Source of the DNA: Camelus dromedarius | Lineage: Eukaryota | Direction of reading: 5' to 3' | NCBI RefSeq assembly: GCF_036321535.1 | Contig: NC_087447.1 | Span: forward strand, 47,990,001-48,054,000 | Length of the DNA: 64,000 nucleotides | Part shown: positions 52,294 through 64,000 of the stretch, piece after piece | Numbering within the stretch: the first letter of the stretch is position 1 | Layout of the letters: the number at the start of each line of letters is the position of its first letter | Position numbers and translations under genes: made by a program | Notes under the pieces: generated by a model | What the model was told of the DNA's origin: nothing | What the model saw: only the letters and a program-made list of their open reading frames with translations | Databases searched by the model: none

Positions 52294-53899
52294 ACCCTTT
52301 AAGATAAAGACATGAATATATTACGGCTTTATCTCTTATGGGGCCTAGTACAGGACCAGGTATATATTACAGGTATTCATTATTTGCTAAACATCAAAAT
52401 GACTGTTACGAAGTCATTCCATTGTCCAAGTTTTATATCAGATCCTTAAAAAGCAATCATTTCTTATTCATTCAGCAAATCCACAGTAAGTATTCAGTCT
52501 AAGCCAATTAATGGTACCAGGTATAGGCTAAACAGAAATAAACCAGACACAGAACCTACCATCAAATTTATCATGGTAACCACTAATGTGTCTGTTGTTT
52601 AACAGCATATAAGCTCTATATTCTTCAGATATTATACCCAGATATACATGTGTGTCTTCTGACTATTCAAACACTTAATAGGAATAAACTATCAGTTGAA
52701 AGAATAAATGAATGAATGATGGATACTCTGAACCTTAGACCAGGCTGTGCTCTGGCCACTAGGAAGCTCAGGGTTGAAACAAACCTTAGCAATAAGCAAG
52801 AACTCTGGAACTAAATTTACCCTGGCTTCATTTATTCTGTTTTCCTTATTTCCCCCTTCACTGTGAATCTCTTTATTTACTTTTGATCCTATTACCTTAT
52901 GCATGTTTTAAAACTAATTTCCTCTAGAAAAAAAAAAAGATGGCTATATAGTATTTAATCAATTAAACTGCAGATGATGTTATCAGTCTCCTTAATTTAG
53001 CCAGATGCTCTGCAGAAAGTCTGGAGACAAACCAGGCCCTATGTGCAAGTCACCAGTGTAGAGCTCAACTGTTCTGTCTTTGAGCGCTAATAAAGGGGAT
53101 CTCTGCTGGAGGAACTATATTGCTTCAAAGATGCCAAGGTACCCATTAAACACTAACTCCCCGTTCCCTCCTTCCCCCAGCAACCATTCTACTCTCTATT
53201 TCACTTAGCATAGTGTTTTCAAAGTTTACCCTTGTTGGAGCATGAAAACACTAGTTTTCAAAACATTCTAGACTTTCAATTTCAGATAAAGATAATCACA
53301 AACTTTAAGTCTGACTACCATTTATTTAGCTGTTTAAGATAAACTCAAAAGCTAACTGCAGGATTTTTTCCCTTCCAGTTCCACTGAGATTTCCAAATTG
53401 ATTTGAAATCTGGGACATCTATTTCCAACTACAGATCATTCAGATGGAGTAAACTGCTACTCTGAAAATGAATTCCAACATGTTCATTAGGAAGCAAAAT
53501 GACCCTCGATAAAAAAGACAATATGGTATCAATGTCTGAATAATGAAGATTAATGCTTAAAACAAGCTACTGATCTGCTTTGATATTACCAAACATATTT
53601 TCTTGCAGGAAGACAAGTATGCATCTGTTCGGGTTTATAATATAACTATAAATGCTTCCTATTCCAAAGTAGCATGTTTTTAACATCTGCAAACCAATTT
53701 ATATTATCCAACTGACTTATATTATCCACAAGGATTATCTTTAATCAGTAAATTATCTTATTTGAAATGTCATTGGATGACCAATGTGAGTAATTGTACT
53801 ACAAGCAATTAGAAAAGACCTCCTCCTTCTCAGAGGGAGTATCGTTTTTTTCCCTACCCCACTCCACTCCTGCCCCCAGGACAAGCAGGCCATCCCTTA

Positions 53900-56670
53900 T
53901 CTTCCAGACTTTAATCCTAAGTGACTTTACACTTTGCACTTTCTCACTCTCATAGCTCTCCCCTCCTCATCTCCTGACCTTTTCCATTGTATCCTCTGCA
54001 TCTCAAGGTTAGCAAAATCTCTGTATGCATCTTCAACCCCTTCTGTGAATGTTCCCTTCATCTTCTTGCTCTAAGTGAAACCTGGCAGTTCCTGATAATA
54101 TTTCCTCTGCAGCCCTCTCAATGGGGGCTGGTTTTCCCTCACTCTCCATCTACTACTGGGCCTTGAACCTCGTTCTTTCCAGACCCTCTTGGATGCAACA
54201 TCCAGCTCTGAATTGGACAGCATCAGATTTAATCACCATTCCTTGTAGCCATTTACGACCCTCAAGTTACTCCCTTTCATGCCTTAAAGAGTGTGGCTCC
54301 TAGCAAACTGCTATCCTCTCCAGCAACATTCTTGCCACAGTTCTTGGTAATTTCAGTAACTATATAAATAATGGTTACAACATATTGCCCTCCCAGTTAC
54401 CTGACTGTCTCCCCTCTGTTGACATTGATTTCCACTCTACTGCAGCCTCTTACTGCCACGGTTATACTCTTGCCTCTGTCATTTCTAATAACTGCCAATC
54501 TTCTATAATTTAAATTCCAAAGATCTCATTCTCCAACCACTATCTGTTATTTTTCTAGTCTTCTTGTTGTAGTACCCTAACTCTAACAATTTTTCAGCCT
54601 ATCAGGATATTTACTCTATTGATCCTACCTACCAATCCATCACTTTCCTCACTCCTAATCCTGGTTGGTTTAAATTCCTCAGTCAACTTTTAAAAATCAT
54701 TCCCTTGGCCCTCTATCACTTGTATTAACACTAGTTTGATTAAACCAACAGCCCCAGTTAAGTCCAATTCACCATCTACTCTCTGCCTACATTGGCACAG
54801 GTCTTCGTAGAAAACATACACAACTATACTCACTAAAGTTAAGTTTTAAATTCATGATCACTATTTTCATGTGGGCTCTAAATGCAACCTGACAATCACT
54901 CTACATTTGCAAAGACCATTTACTTTCCTAGACTATTTCATGCTTTCTCTGTTCCTAATCTCACTCTCACCTAGTGATTTTGCTTATTTGTCTAAATAAA
55001 ATCCATCACCCAGAAGAGAATTTTCACAAGCCCTGACCCTTTTACCTACCAAACTGCATCTGAGCACATAAACCCTAACTTCTCTCCTAATACTATGTGT
55101 AAGAGTCCATGTCCAACCCTCCACTGACACACTAGATTCCATCTCCTCACCAAATGAAAGGTGTTACTCTGGTCACTTGCCCCCTTTTTCTTCCACATTA
55201 TTAGGATTTTCCTTTTGTGCAGGATTATTCCTATAAACGTACCGCTACTTGTCTCATCTAAATTTATTAATTAAACAAATAAAAACTCCTTTCTTTATTC
55301 CATCTAATACACCAGCTACCAATCCATTTCTCTCCTTCTCTTCTCAACAAAGCTTCTAGAAAGAGCTATATATATTTATCTTTCCTCCTATTCTTTTGAA
55401 CCCACTCCAATCAGATTTTCATTACCAATATACCACCACAGCTATTCTTATCAAAGTCACCAAAGACCTCCAGCATGCAAAACTAGTGATCAGTTTTCAT
55501 CTCTTGGACAATTCAGCAGCATGTGAGCCAACTCATCACTCTCTCCCTCTTTTAAACACTTTCTTCATTTGGTTTCCAGACACTATACTCACTGAGTTTT
55601 GGTGGGGAGGGTTTTTGTTTGTTTGTTTGTTTGTTTTGTATGTTTGTTTTCCCTTCATTATCTGGCAGCTCATCCTCGACTTCTAAACTCTGTGATGACC
55701 TAGGCTCAAGCCTTGGGTCTTTTCTCTTTTCTATCTTCATGCACTCTCCCAAGGTCATCTCATCTAATCTCATGATCTAAAAACCGTCACATTTTGATAT
55801 TCACTCATCTCCTCCCCTGAAATATGTTTCTCCTAAAGTCTTTTCCCAGTTCAGTCAATGGCAACTACATCCTTTCAACTGCACAGGTCAAAAGTTTGTC
55901 AGTTTTGACTTTTTTCTCTCTTTAATAACTCACAACTAGTCCATCAGCAAATCCTTTTCAGTTCTACCTTTAAAATCAATTCTCATTACCCCCAATTCCA
56001 CCATCTTAGTCTAAGTTACCAGCATTTCTCATCAGGATTAACATAACTCCCTCCTAAATGGTCTTCTGCTTTTGCATTTACCCCTTCTGTCTATTCTCAA
56101 CAAAACAGAATGATTCTATGAAAACATACGAAAAAGTCAAATCAGGCCACTCTTCTGATCAAAATCTTCAATGAATTTCCGTCTCACTTTTTGGAAAAGC
56201 CAAGTCTTTACTAGGATCTAGAAGACCCAAAAAGATCTGCTCCCATCACAATCTTCTGCCCTCTTCTTGTACTCTCCCCTCTAATCACGTCACATCAGCA
56301 TCCTGGCCTTCTGCTATTCCTTGAAACATACCAGGTCTGGCTTCAGAGCTTAACACTTGCTGTCTCCTCTGCCTGGAATGTTGCTCCTCCAGTACATTCT
56401 CTCCATTTTCTTCAGGTCTTTATCAAAAGTTACTTTCTCAAGTGAGGTCCTTCTTGGCTTCATATTTACAAGTTTAAACCTTCACCCTCTACCCCATGGT
56501 TCTCCCTTGTTTTATTTTTCCTCTTTCACACTTACCTACCATGTTACTTTTTATTCAGTTAATTATGTGTCTTCCTCGAAAGGATGTAAGTTTCATGATG
56601 GTAGGGGATTTTCAACTGCTGTGTTCACTATTGTATCCCTAGTGCCTAGAGCAGTACCCAGAACATGGCA
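53900..56670 (+). mobile_element. Long degenerate L2 remnant
   Basis: Pyrimidine-rich stretch with L2 motifs (ttgaacccactccaatcag, atcaaagtcaccaaagacctcc, gtgcctagagcagtacc). Confidence 0.7.
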
Positions 56671-59229
56671 GTTAATTTGTGGGGCTGCCCTTGTTCTGTG
56701 ACTTAGATGACACACAGATCACGGATAATGAAAGCTCCCATTAGTCACTGCCAACTGTGTGTCAGATGCTAATACCAGTTGATTGCACTAATATTACATT
56801 TACTCCTCATAATAATCCTGAACTCTCAGGGACACACATCCCCCCCACCGGGAGACCTAAGTTTAGAGAGAGGATCACAAGCAGAAAGGAGATATGATGG
56901 GACTTTACTTATGGCAATACCATTCCAGTGGGAAGGAGCTCTATGAAAAGTCATCCATGGTGGATCCTTCATATTTATATAGCACTTAACAATCAAGGGT
57001 TACTCTTATGTGGCTTCTATTTCACACTCTGTGAGGCACAATTCTTCCCACTACACTGAGAGTTCTTGGGAGACTGTCCATTCATTTCTGTAACTTCAGA
57101 AGCCAGTTAGCACAGAGTAGATTCCCATAATGTTTGCTAAATTTGAGGCATTTATTCTCTCTTTTTACTCATGACAAAGTTGTGCTTTCAGCAACATTAT
57201 GTAATATACTCAAGGATGCATACCCTCTAGGTGCAGACCAGAGATTTAAACTCAAGTTCCCTATTCTTTTTCCTGCATTGTACTGTTATATAAAAATAAT
57301 TGACTGAACACTGACTGACCCTTGCTCCAACTTCATGTCATATGTGGAATGCAGATGCTTTACGCCAGCTATACTCTGAGAAAATATTTCACAGATGGGA
57401 TCTTCACAAGGAAAGTCAAGTACCCAAACTGAACCCCATACGCTGGTAAGTCCCATATTCAAGCATTTTCCCCTTGGTTCACTCTCTTGATTCCTCTGTG
57501 TTCATTCCCTTGATTCCTTTGTGTTCATGTCTGTGTGCCCAATTAGCATGTAAAGTCCTCGGAGAGCCAAGGCCATATCTGATTCTTCCTTCTAGCCCTC
57601 TAACACAGGACTTAGCACATAATAGGTAATTTGTGAATGTTTGTTCACTTAAAAATACCAAAAGAGCCAAAAAAGCAAAAGAAATAAAAAAGATTGATTT
57701 TTGACTTTCCAAAGTATTCCTATAGTCATCTAACAATTCAATAGGGGAATCAGGGCTGAGATTTACTTTACAAATGAGAAAAGCCTCAAAGAAGAGAAGC
57801 AACTTGCCCAGACTTTACCCTGATTCCTCACACTCCAGGCCCAATGCTCCTTCCAACATGTCAAAATGCTCACTATATTTCTTATAGCCAAGAAGATGGT
57901 CAAGGCAAGTGTAAGAAGATTCATGATTGACAAAAAGACTGTTACATGTTATAAACTAATCACTTAACACAAAAAGCACATCCTGAATAAATATGCAAAT
58001 ATGACACTCATCTAACGGTCAAGAGACTTGGTCTAAGATAAATAAACACACATTTAATAACACACTACTCTGGGTTATTTGTTATATAAATCACTGGGAA
58101 GAGGTACATATGATGAGAGATTACAGTATACTGTTTGTCCTTATGGAGCTCACAGTCTAATAGCACAAATGAGACCCAAATATTCAAGAGCTTAAAATAT
58201 TAGTAGCAGACAAAATAAGAGAAGCAGCTTAAACTCAGAGTTCCAAATAATAAAAGAAAGGCAAGACAACAATAGTTAAAAGAATTTAACTATATACAGC
58301 TAAAAAACTACTGCAGGAATTTGGAAAAGGGAAGAAAGGATTTATTTCTACGACTGTGTTTATGTATCTTTAGTTTTCAGGTGTTTTTGTTTGCTTGTTT
58401 TTTAAGGAGGAACATGATTTACCATGAAAGCTGTGACAGAGTTTAAGAAGAGAATAGGCTTGGGGACTCATAACGGGGATGGGGAGAAGAAAGAACAATA
58501 GAAGAGGTGAAGACAGGACCAAAGACTCGAACACTCCGTCCTACATGTAGCTTCACATACCCTTCCAGCTAAATTAATCACTGTCTTCTGCTCCAAACAC
58601 ACTTGGTGATGATCCCATTTTAGACCTACTTCAGGTTAGACCTAGTTATTTTTATGATTACTTCCTTCCTGGGCTATGAGCTCTGTGAAAGCAGAGGCTG
58701 TATTGTTAACCTATGGAGTTCCTCACTGGTTAATACAGAGCCAAGCAAACCATTAAGTAAATGAAATGAACCAGAGAAGTTAAGAGCTTGGTAGGCTCTC
58801 AAAGATCATTTAATTCAAGCCTTTTACTTTGCATAGAACACAGAGACCCAGTGGCTTGCTTAAAGTCACAGTGCAAGTCAGTAACCAATCCAGGACTGGA
58901 CCTCAGGCCCCCAGGCTCCCAGCCAGAAGAGTGGCAGTGAGGCTGCTTTTCTACCCAAAGCACAAGAGATCTCCTCTGCTTATGGGTTAGTTCAAAGCCT
59001 ACTGGACCCTTGCAATGGGAGGTCTAACACTCTGAATCAGGAGCTGCTGCATTCCAAACAGCTGAGACTCTGAGTATCAGGCCAAATCCTTTGTCTCAGG
59101 ACAGAGGGCTCAGAAAAACCTGGCAGAACCACCCTTGCTAGATGCAAAGGCCCCAGGATGCTGTGGACTACAGGCCTGGGCACAGGATCAGGAAGCTTCA
59201 CTGTGATGAAGCCGAAGAAAAACTGGAAG

Positions 59230-59231
<2 letters not shown>

Positions 59232-59260
<29 letters not shown>

Positions 59261-59281
59261 CAAAACAAAACAAAACAAAAA
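59232..59281. repeat. (AAAAC)n pentanucleotide microsatellite
   Basis: Read directly from the sequence. Confidence 0.95.
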
Positions 59282-59639
59282 AGGAGATGGCGCATAGGAG
59301 AATTAGATTCCTGTCCAACAGCACCAACACTGAGAAAACACTCTTGATGAAAAGGAAAGAGATTGTATTAGAAGCTAAAGGCTCAGAAAATGGAAGAGAG
59401 GGTAATTTCAGGACACAGGGAAGACTCCCCAGGGAAGCACCTGTCTAATTTGAGGCTTAATGGTATAGACATCACACACATAAAAAAAATCAAACTAGAG
59501 ACAGCATGTGATGCCAAGAATAACCCAGTCCTGAATAATGCAGCTTGAGTGACCCAAGCCTCTTCACTCTCCATTACAGCTGCTGGCCTACTCATCACCA
59601 ATCTCCATCAGAATCACCTGGGGTTCTTATGTAAAACAG

Positions 59640-60460
59640 TTTTACAAAGAATTCAATTAAAAAATGGGCAAAGAACATGAATAGACATTTCTCCAAAGAA
59701 GATACACAAATGAATAAAAGGCACATGAAAAGATTAATCATCAGGGAAATGCAAATCAAATACCATCTCACATCTTTGAGGACAGCCATAGTAAAAACAA
59801 ACAAACATATACAAACCACAAAACAGAAAATAAGTGTTGGTGAGGATATAGAGAAACTGGAACCTTTGCAGACTATTTGTGGGAATGTAAAATGATGCAG
59901 ACATTATGGAGGACAGCATGGAGGTTCCTCAAACAATTAAAAATATTATTAGTATATGATCCAGCAATCCCACTTCTAGGCCTAGATCCAAAAGAACTGA
60001 AAACAGAATTTTGAAAAGGTATTTGCAAACTCAAGTTCACTGTAGCATTATTATACCAAGAGGTAGAAGAAACTTAAATGTCCAATGATAGATGAATGGA
60101 TACAGAAAATGTCATGTATATATACAAAATATTATTATTAAGCCTTAACAAAGAAGGAAATCCTGCCATATGCTACACCATGGATAAATCTTGAGGACAT
60201 TATGCTAAGTGAAATAAGCCAGTCACAAAAAGACAAGTAAATACTGCATGATTACACTTACATGAGGTATCTAAAGTAGTCAAACTCTTAGAAAACAGAA
60301 TAGTGGTTGTCAGGGGCTGTTGAGGGATGGGGAGTTGTTGTTTAATGGGTATAATTTCAAGAGGAATGCACTGGAGATCTGGGGCACAACAAGGTGCATA
60401 TACTACTAGTTAACACTACTGCACTGACCACTTAAAAACGGTTAAGAGGGTAAAGTTCAT
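59640..60460 (+). mobile_element. L1MA/L1MB-like 3' fragment
   Basis: ORF 59677..59895 reads [28 protein letters not shown], an L1 ORF2 C-terminal region. Confidence 0.85.
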
Positions 60461-62323
60461 CTGTTTTTTTTTCTTAACCTCCAAACACACACACACGTGC
60501 ACGTGCGAGTTTTAGGTCTCACACCAAAACTACTAAATTAGATTGATTCATTCAACAAATATTCATTGCTTACTGTGTGCCAAGTACTACTCTAGATACT
60601 ATGGAAATAGCAGTGAACAAAAAGACAAACATTCCTGTCCTCAAAAAGCTTATGTTCTAATGAGGCAGTATCTGGGAAAGAATTTAATTCCCCATGAGGC
60701 ATTTGGTATTACTAATACCCTTTTATAGATGGGAGAACTGAGGTTCAGACTAAGGAACCTGTTCAAGGTCACATGGCTTATAAATGACTGAGCCTCAAGT
60801 CAAATCTGGGACTACTGACTCCAATTTCTTTTCCACAACAGGACCCTGTTTGACCTCCATTCCTTCCTGCAGTGAAACAAGACCAATGAATCCTTTTCAT
60901 ATCATTTTCCCCTTGTGGCACTGAGATTTACAGATTCATTATGATTAGACAAGATTTCTGGGTTTAATGGATTAACGAAAGGAATTATAGGCACAGGCTG
61001 CGTTTTAATTTCCCACTCTCGTATGCACTCTCACCCACTGCTTCCTAATAAGAAGCTCCACACCAGGACCCCCATGTTAACTGCACGCTATGCATAGAAA
61101 ACAGGAATTTATCAAGACCAACAAGCCTCAAACACCAGGAACGAGGGGTAAATTATACATCAGAAATAAAGGCCACTGCTTCCAACAAGGCCTTTCAGGG
61201 GAAAAGCTCTGCTAGATGTGCACTGTGGGAGAACTATGATCAAAAGTTAGGTTCAACCTACTGAACCTTTCTAATCTAAACTTGGTACACAAGATCTATA
61301 GAAGATGTAATTCTTTATCTACAAAGAAGTCAGTGAATCAAAATACTTTCAACAATATTTTCTCTGCACATTTTTACCTGTTCATGAAATCTCTGTGAAA
61401 ATACTAGCAGCTTTTTCCAGAAAATCATTAGTGCTGCCAGGAGCTCTGGATTCTAGCCCTCCTCTACAACTCATCAGAAAAGTCACTTCTACTCCCTGGA
61501 TCCTAATTCTCTCACCAGAAGTAGAAGCTAGCAGAGATATTCTTCAAAGGTTCCACCTTTAGCCCAAGAACATTGTATAATAAGGACACAGGATCCCTGC
61601 ACCTTCACACTCAGACCCAAAATTCATTCATTCAATAAACATTTATGTAAGCTAGGCACTGAAAACACAAATATACTAAATGATAAATTCATAAAAGTTT
61701 CACATAGATTGCTTTTCCTATTCACACGTATAAACATTTCAGTGTTGTATTCCTATTAAAAACAAAACCTGGTTCCAAAAAAATTCTTTTCCCCAATCAC
61801 ACTTAAGAGAGTTGTGAATCTTTTATTATTACATACTATACTTAAATCACCCCTCCCCCCAGGAAAAAAACCCTCTCCCTATTATGTCATAGCTCAGTTT
61901 TATTTTCCTTCTTTATATTACTCACAGCCTAAACTACTAAGTTAAGGTTTTTCCCCCACTTAATATACAGTGGGAACACCTCTAATTCTGTACATGTATT
62001 TTGCTTACAACCAACTATTAGTACCTTGAAAATATCCTTTTTTTCTTTGCATCCCCTGTAAGACCTTTTTATAATTATTTATAATCCATAACAAGAGTAA
62101 TCCAAAAGACTGTAAGTGGTTCACCTTAAGATATAAAAATAAGACAGTTAAAAACGAATAAAAACCAGGGACATAGATTCTAAACCAAATGATCAAAATT
62201 CAGGCCCCATATCTGCTATATATGTACCATGTGCTTACTAGCAAGTTGTAACCTTTCTAGTAAGCTTGCTCATCTGTAAAGAAGGTACAACATCATACTG
62301 CAGAGACTCTATAAAACCCAGAA

Positions 62324-63117
62324 ACAAATGCTGGTGAGGCTGTGGAGAAAAGGGAACCCTCCTACACTGCTGGTGGGAATGCAGTTTGGTGCAGCCACTG
62401 TGGAAAACAGTATGGAGATTCCTCAGAAGACTAGGAATAGATTTACCATATGACCCAGGAATCCCACTCCTGGGCATATATCCAGAAGGAACCCTACTTC
62501 AAAAAGACAGCTGCACCCCAATGTTCATAGCAGCACTATTTACAATAGCCAAGACATGGAAACAGCCTAAATGTCCATCAACAGATGACCGGATAAAGAA
62601 GATGTGGTATATTTATACAATGGAATACTATTCAGCCATAAAAACTGACAACATAACTCCATTTGCAGCAACATGGATGTTCCTGGAGAATGTCATTCTA
62701 AGTGAAGTAAGCCAGAAAGAGAAAGAAAAATACTATGTGAGATCGCTCATATGTGGAATCTAAAAATTAATTAATTAATTAGTTAAAAAAAAAAAAAAAA
62801 ACAGAAACAGACTCATAGACATAGAATACAAACTTGTGGTTGCCAAGGGGGCAGGGGGTGGGAAGGGACAGACTGGGATTTCAAAATTTGTAGATACTAA
62901 CAAACATATGCAGAATAGATAAACAATATTATACTGTATAGCACAGGGAAATATATACAAGATCTTGTGGTAGCTCACAGTGAAAAAAAATGTGACAATG
63001 AATATATGCATGTTCATGCATAACTGAAAAATTGTGCTCTACACTGGAATTTGACACAACATTGTAAAATGACTATAACTCAATAAAAAAATCTTAAAAA
63101 AAAAAAACCCAAAAAAC
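62324..63117 (+). mobile_element. Young 5'-truncated L1 with an intact ORF2 C-terminal frame, poly(A) and TSD
   Basis: ORF 62386..62763 (125 aa, L1 ORF2 C-terminus). TSD aaacccagaa at 62314-62323 and 63118-63127. Confidence 0.93.
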
Positions 63118-64000
63118 AAACCCAGAAGTTAACAGAAGCAGCAACTGTGGAACCAGGCACTATTGGCTGGAATCAAATCATAACTCCATCATGTATTAAC
63201 TGTATGAATTTGGACACCTTACTCAACCTCTTTGGGTCCTGGTGTCTTCATCTGTTTCAAATGGTGATAATACCACTTTTACAGCTGATATAAAAGTTAA
63301 GTGAAATGATACATGTAAGGCACTAAGCACAGAGTCAGGCACATAGTAAATACTCAATAAAAAGTAACAGTTCATAGTAGGCATCATCTCCAGGTTATTT
63401 ATGAAGACATGTTACATAAGGAGAAAAAAGGTTCCGAAGTTTAAAATGCTATGAGATGTTTGGAATGCTTATTACTATTACTCATATTCAAAGCTATGCA
63501 GCAAATTAATAAAATTGAGGAAAAAACATGTCCAAAGACAGTTGCCTTAAACAACATTTTTCTAAATAATGTTCCCTATAGCTAGCTCCCCTTTTGCATT
63601 TCTGGCCTCCTTCCACACATCTTTAATACTGCACTAAAGCAGGAGTGGAAATGCAAGCCATGTACTTGCAACTGACAGGAAAGGTGAGGCCTGGGGTTTT
63701 TCCACCAAGTTGGGACAAAACTGTCTTGTCTCCTCCTTCTAGCCCTGCAGGCTGCTTGTGCAGGAACTGATAATCTGTAGCTGCCAGGAAAGCCAGTTTA
63801 AATTGAAGCAGCTGGTTGTGCTTCTTTGTTGTTTGTTTTTCTGATACCTCCAGAACACAATGGTGTCTGAGCCTGGCCTGCTCTGCAGGATGACAGAAGG
63901 TGTAGCCAGAACATGAAGGCAGCAGAGGACATAAAAAGGACAGGGCACAAGAAAAATACTCAAAAAGTTGGTGTAGATGATCACCAGTAAGAATTGTTTT

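Noticed and set aside
62386..62763. 125-aa ORF and similar ORFs at 20652, 32832, 51733 and 59677
   Set aside because: These are L1 ORF2 fragments or their antisense frames, not host genes.

Overview
Mammalian genomic DNA, most likely camelid (inferred from tRNA-derived Vic-1-like SINEs and the L1 3' UTR type). The whole window lies inside FAM168A (TCRP1) on the minus strand. The start-codon exon is at 35832-35745, followed by coding exons at 18274-18194, 13206-13180 (27-nt alternative microexon), 8192-8067, 1202-1060 and 155-<1. Positions 35833-64000 are repeat-rich upstream intron. The main discovery is a decayed seven-exon protein-coding gene (about 930 codons, 14507-8428) nested on the same strand inside the FAM168A intron between the 81-nt and 126-nt exons. 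It has a perfect Kozak ATG, GT-AG introns with compatible phases, and multiple internal stops plus two net frameshifts. I cannot name the encoded protein. The FAM168A 27-nt microexon lies inside exon 2 of this relic in a different reading frame, which suggests exaptation. The rest is L1, L2, MIR, SINE and DNA-transposon fossils, microsatellites and a hairpin-containing 42-bp tandem duplication. Repeat subfamily names are recognised from memory and boundaries of old repeats are approximate.
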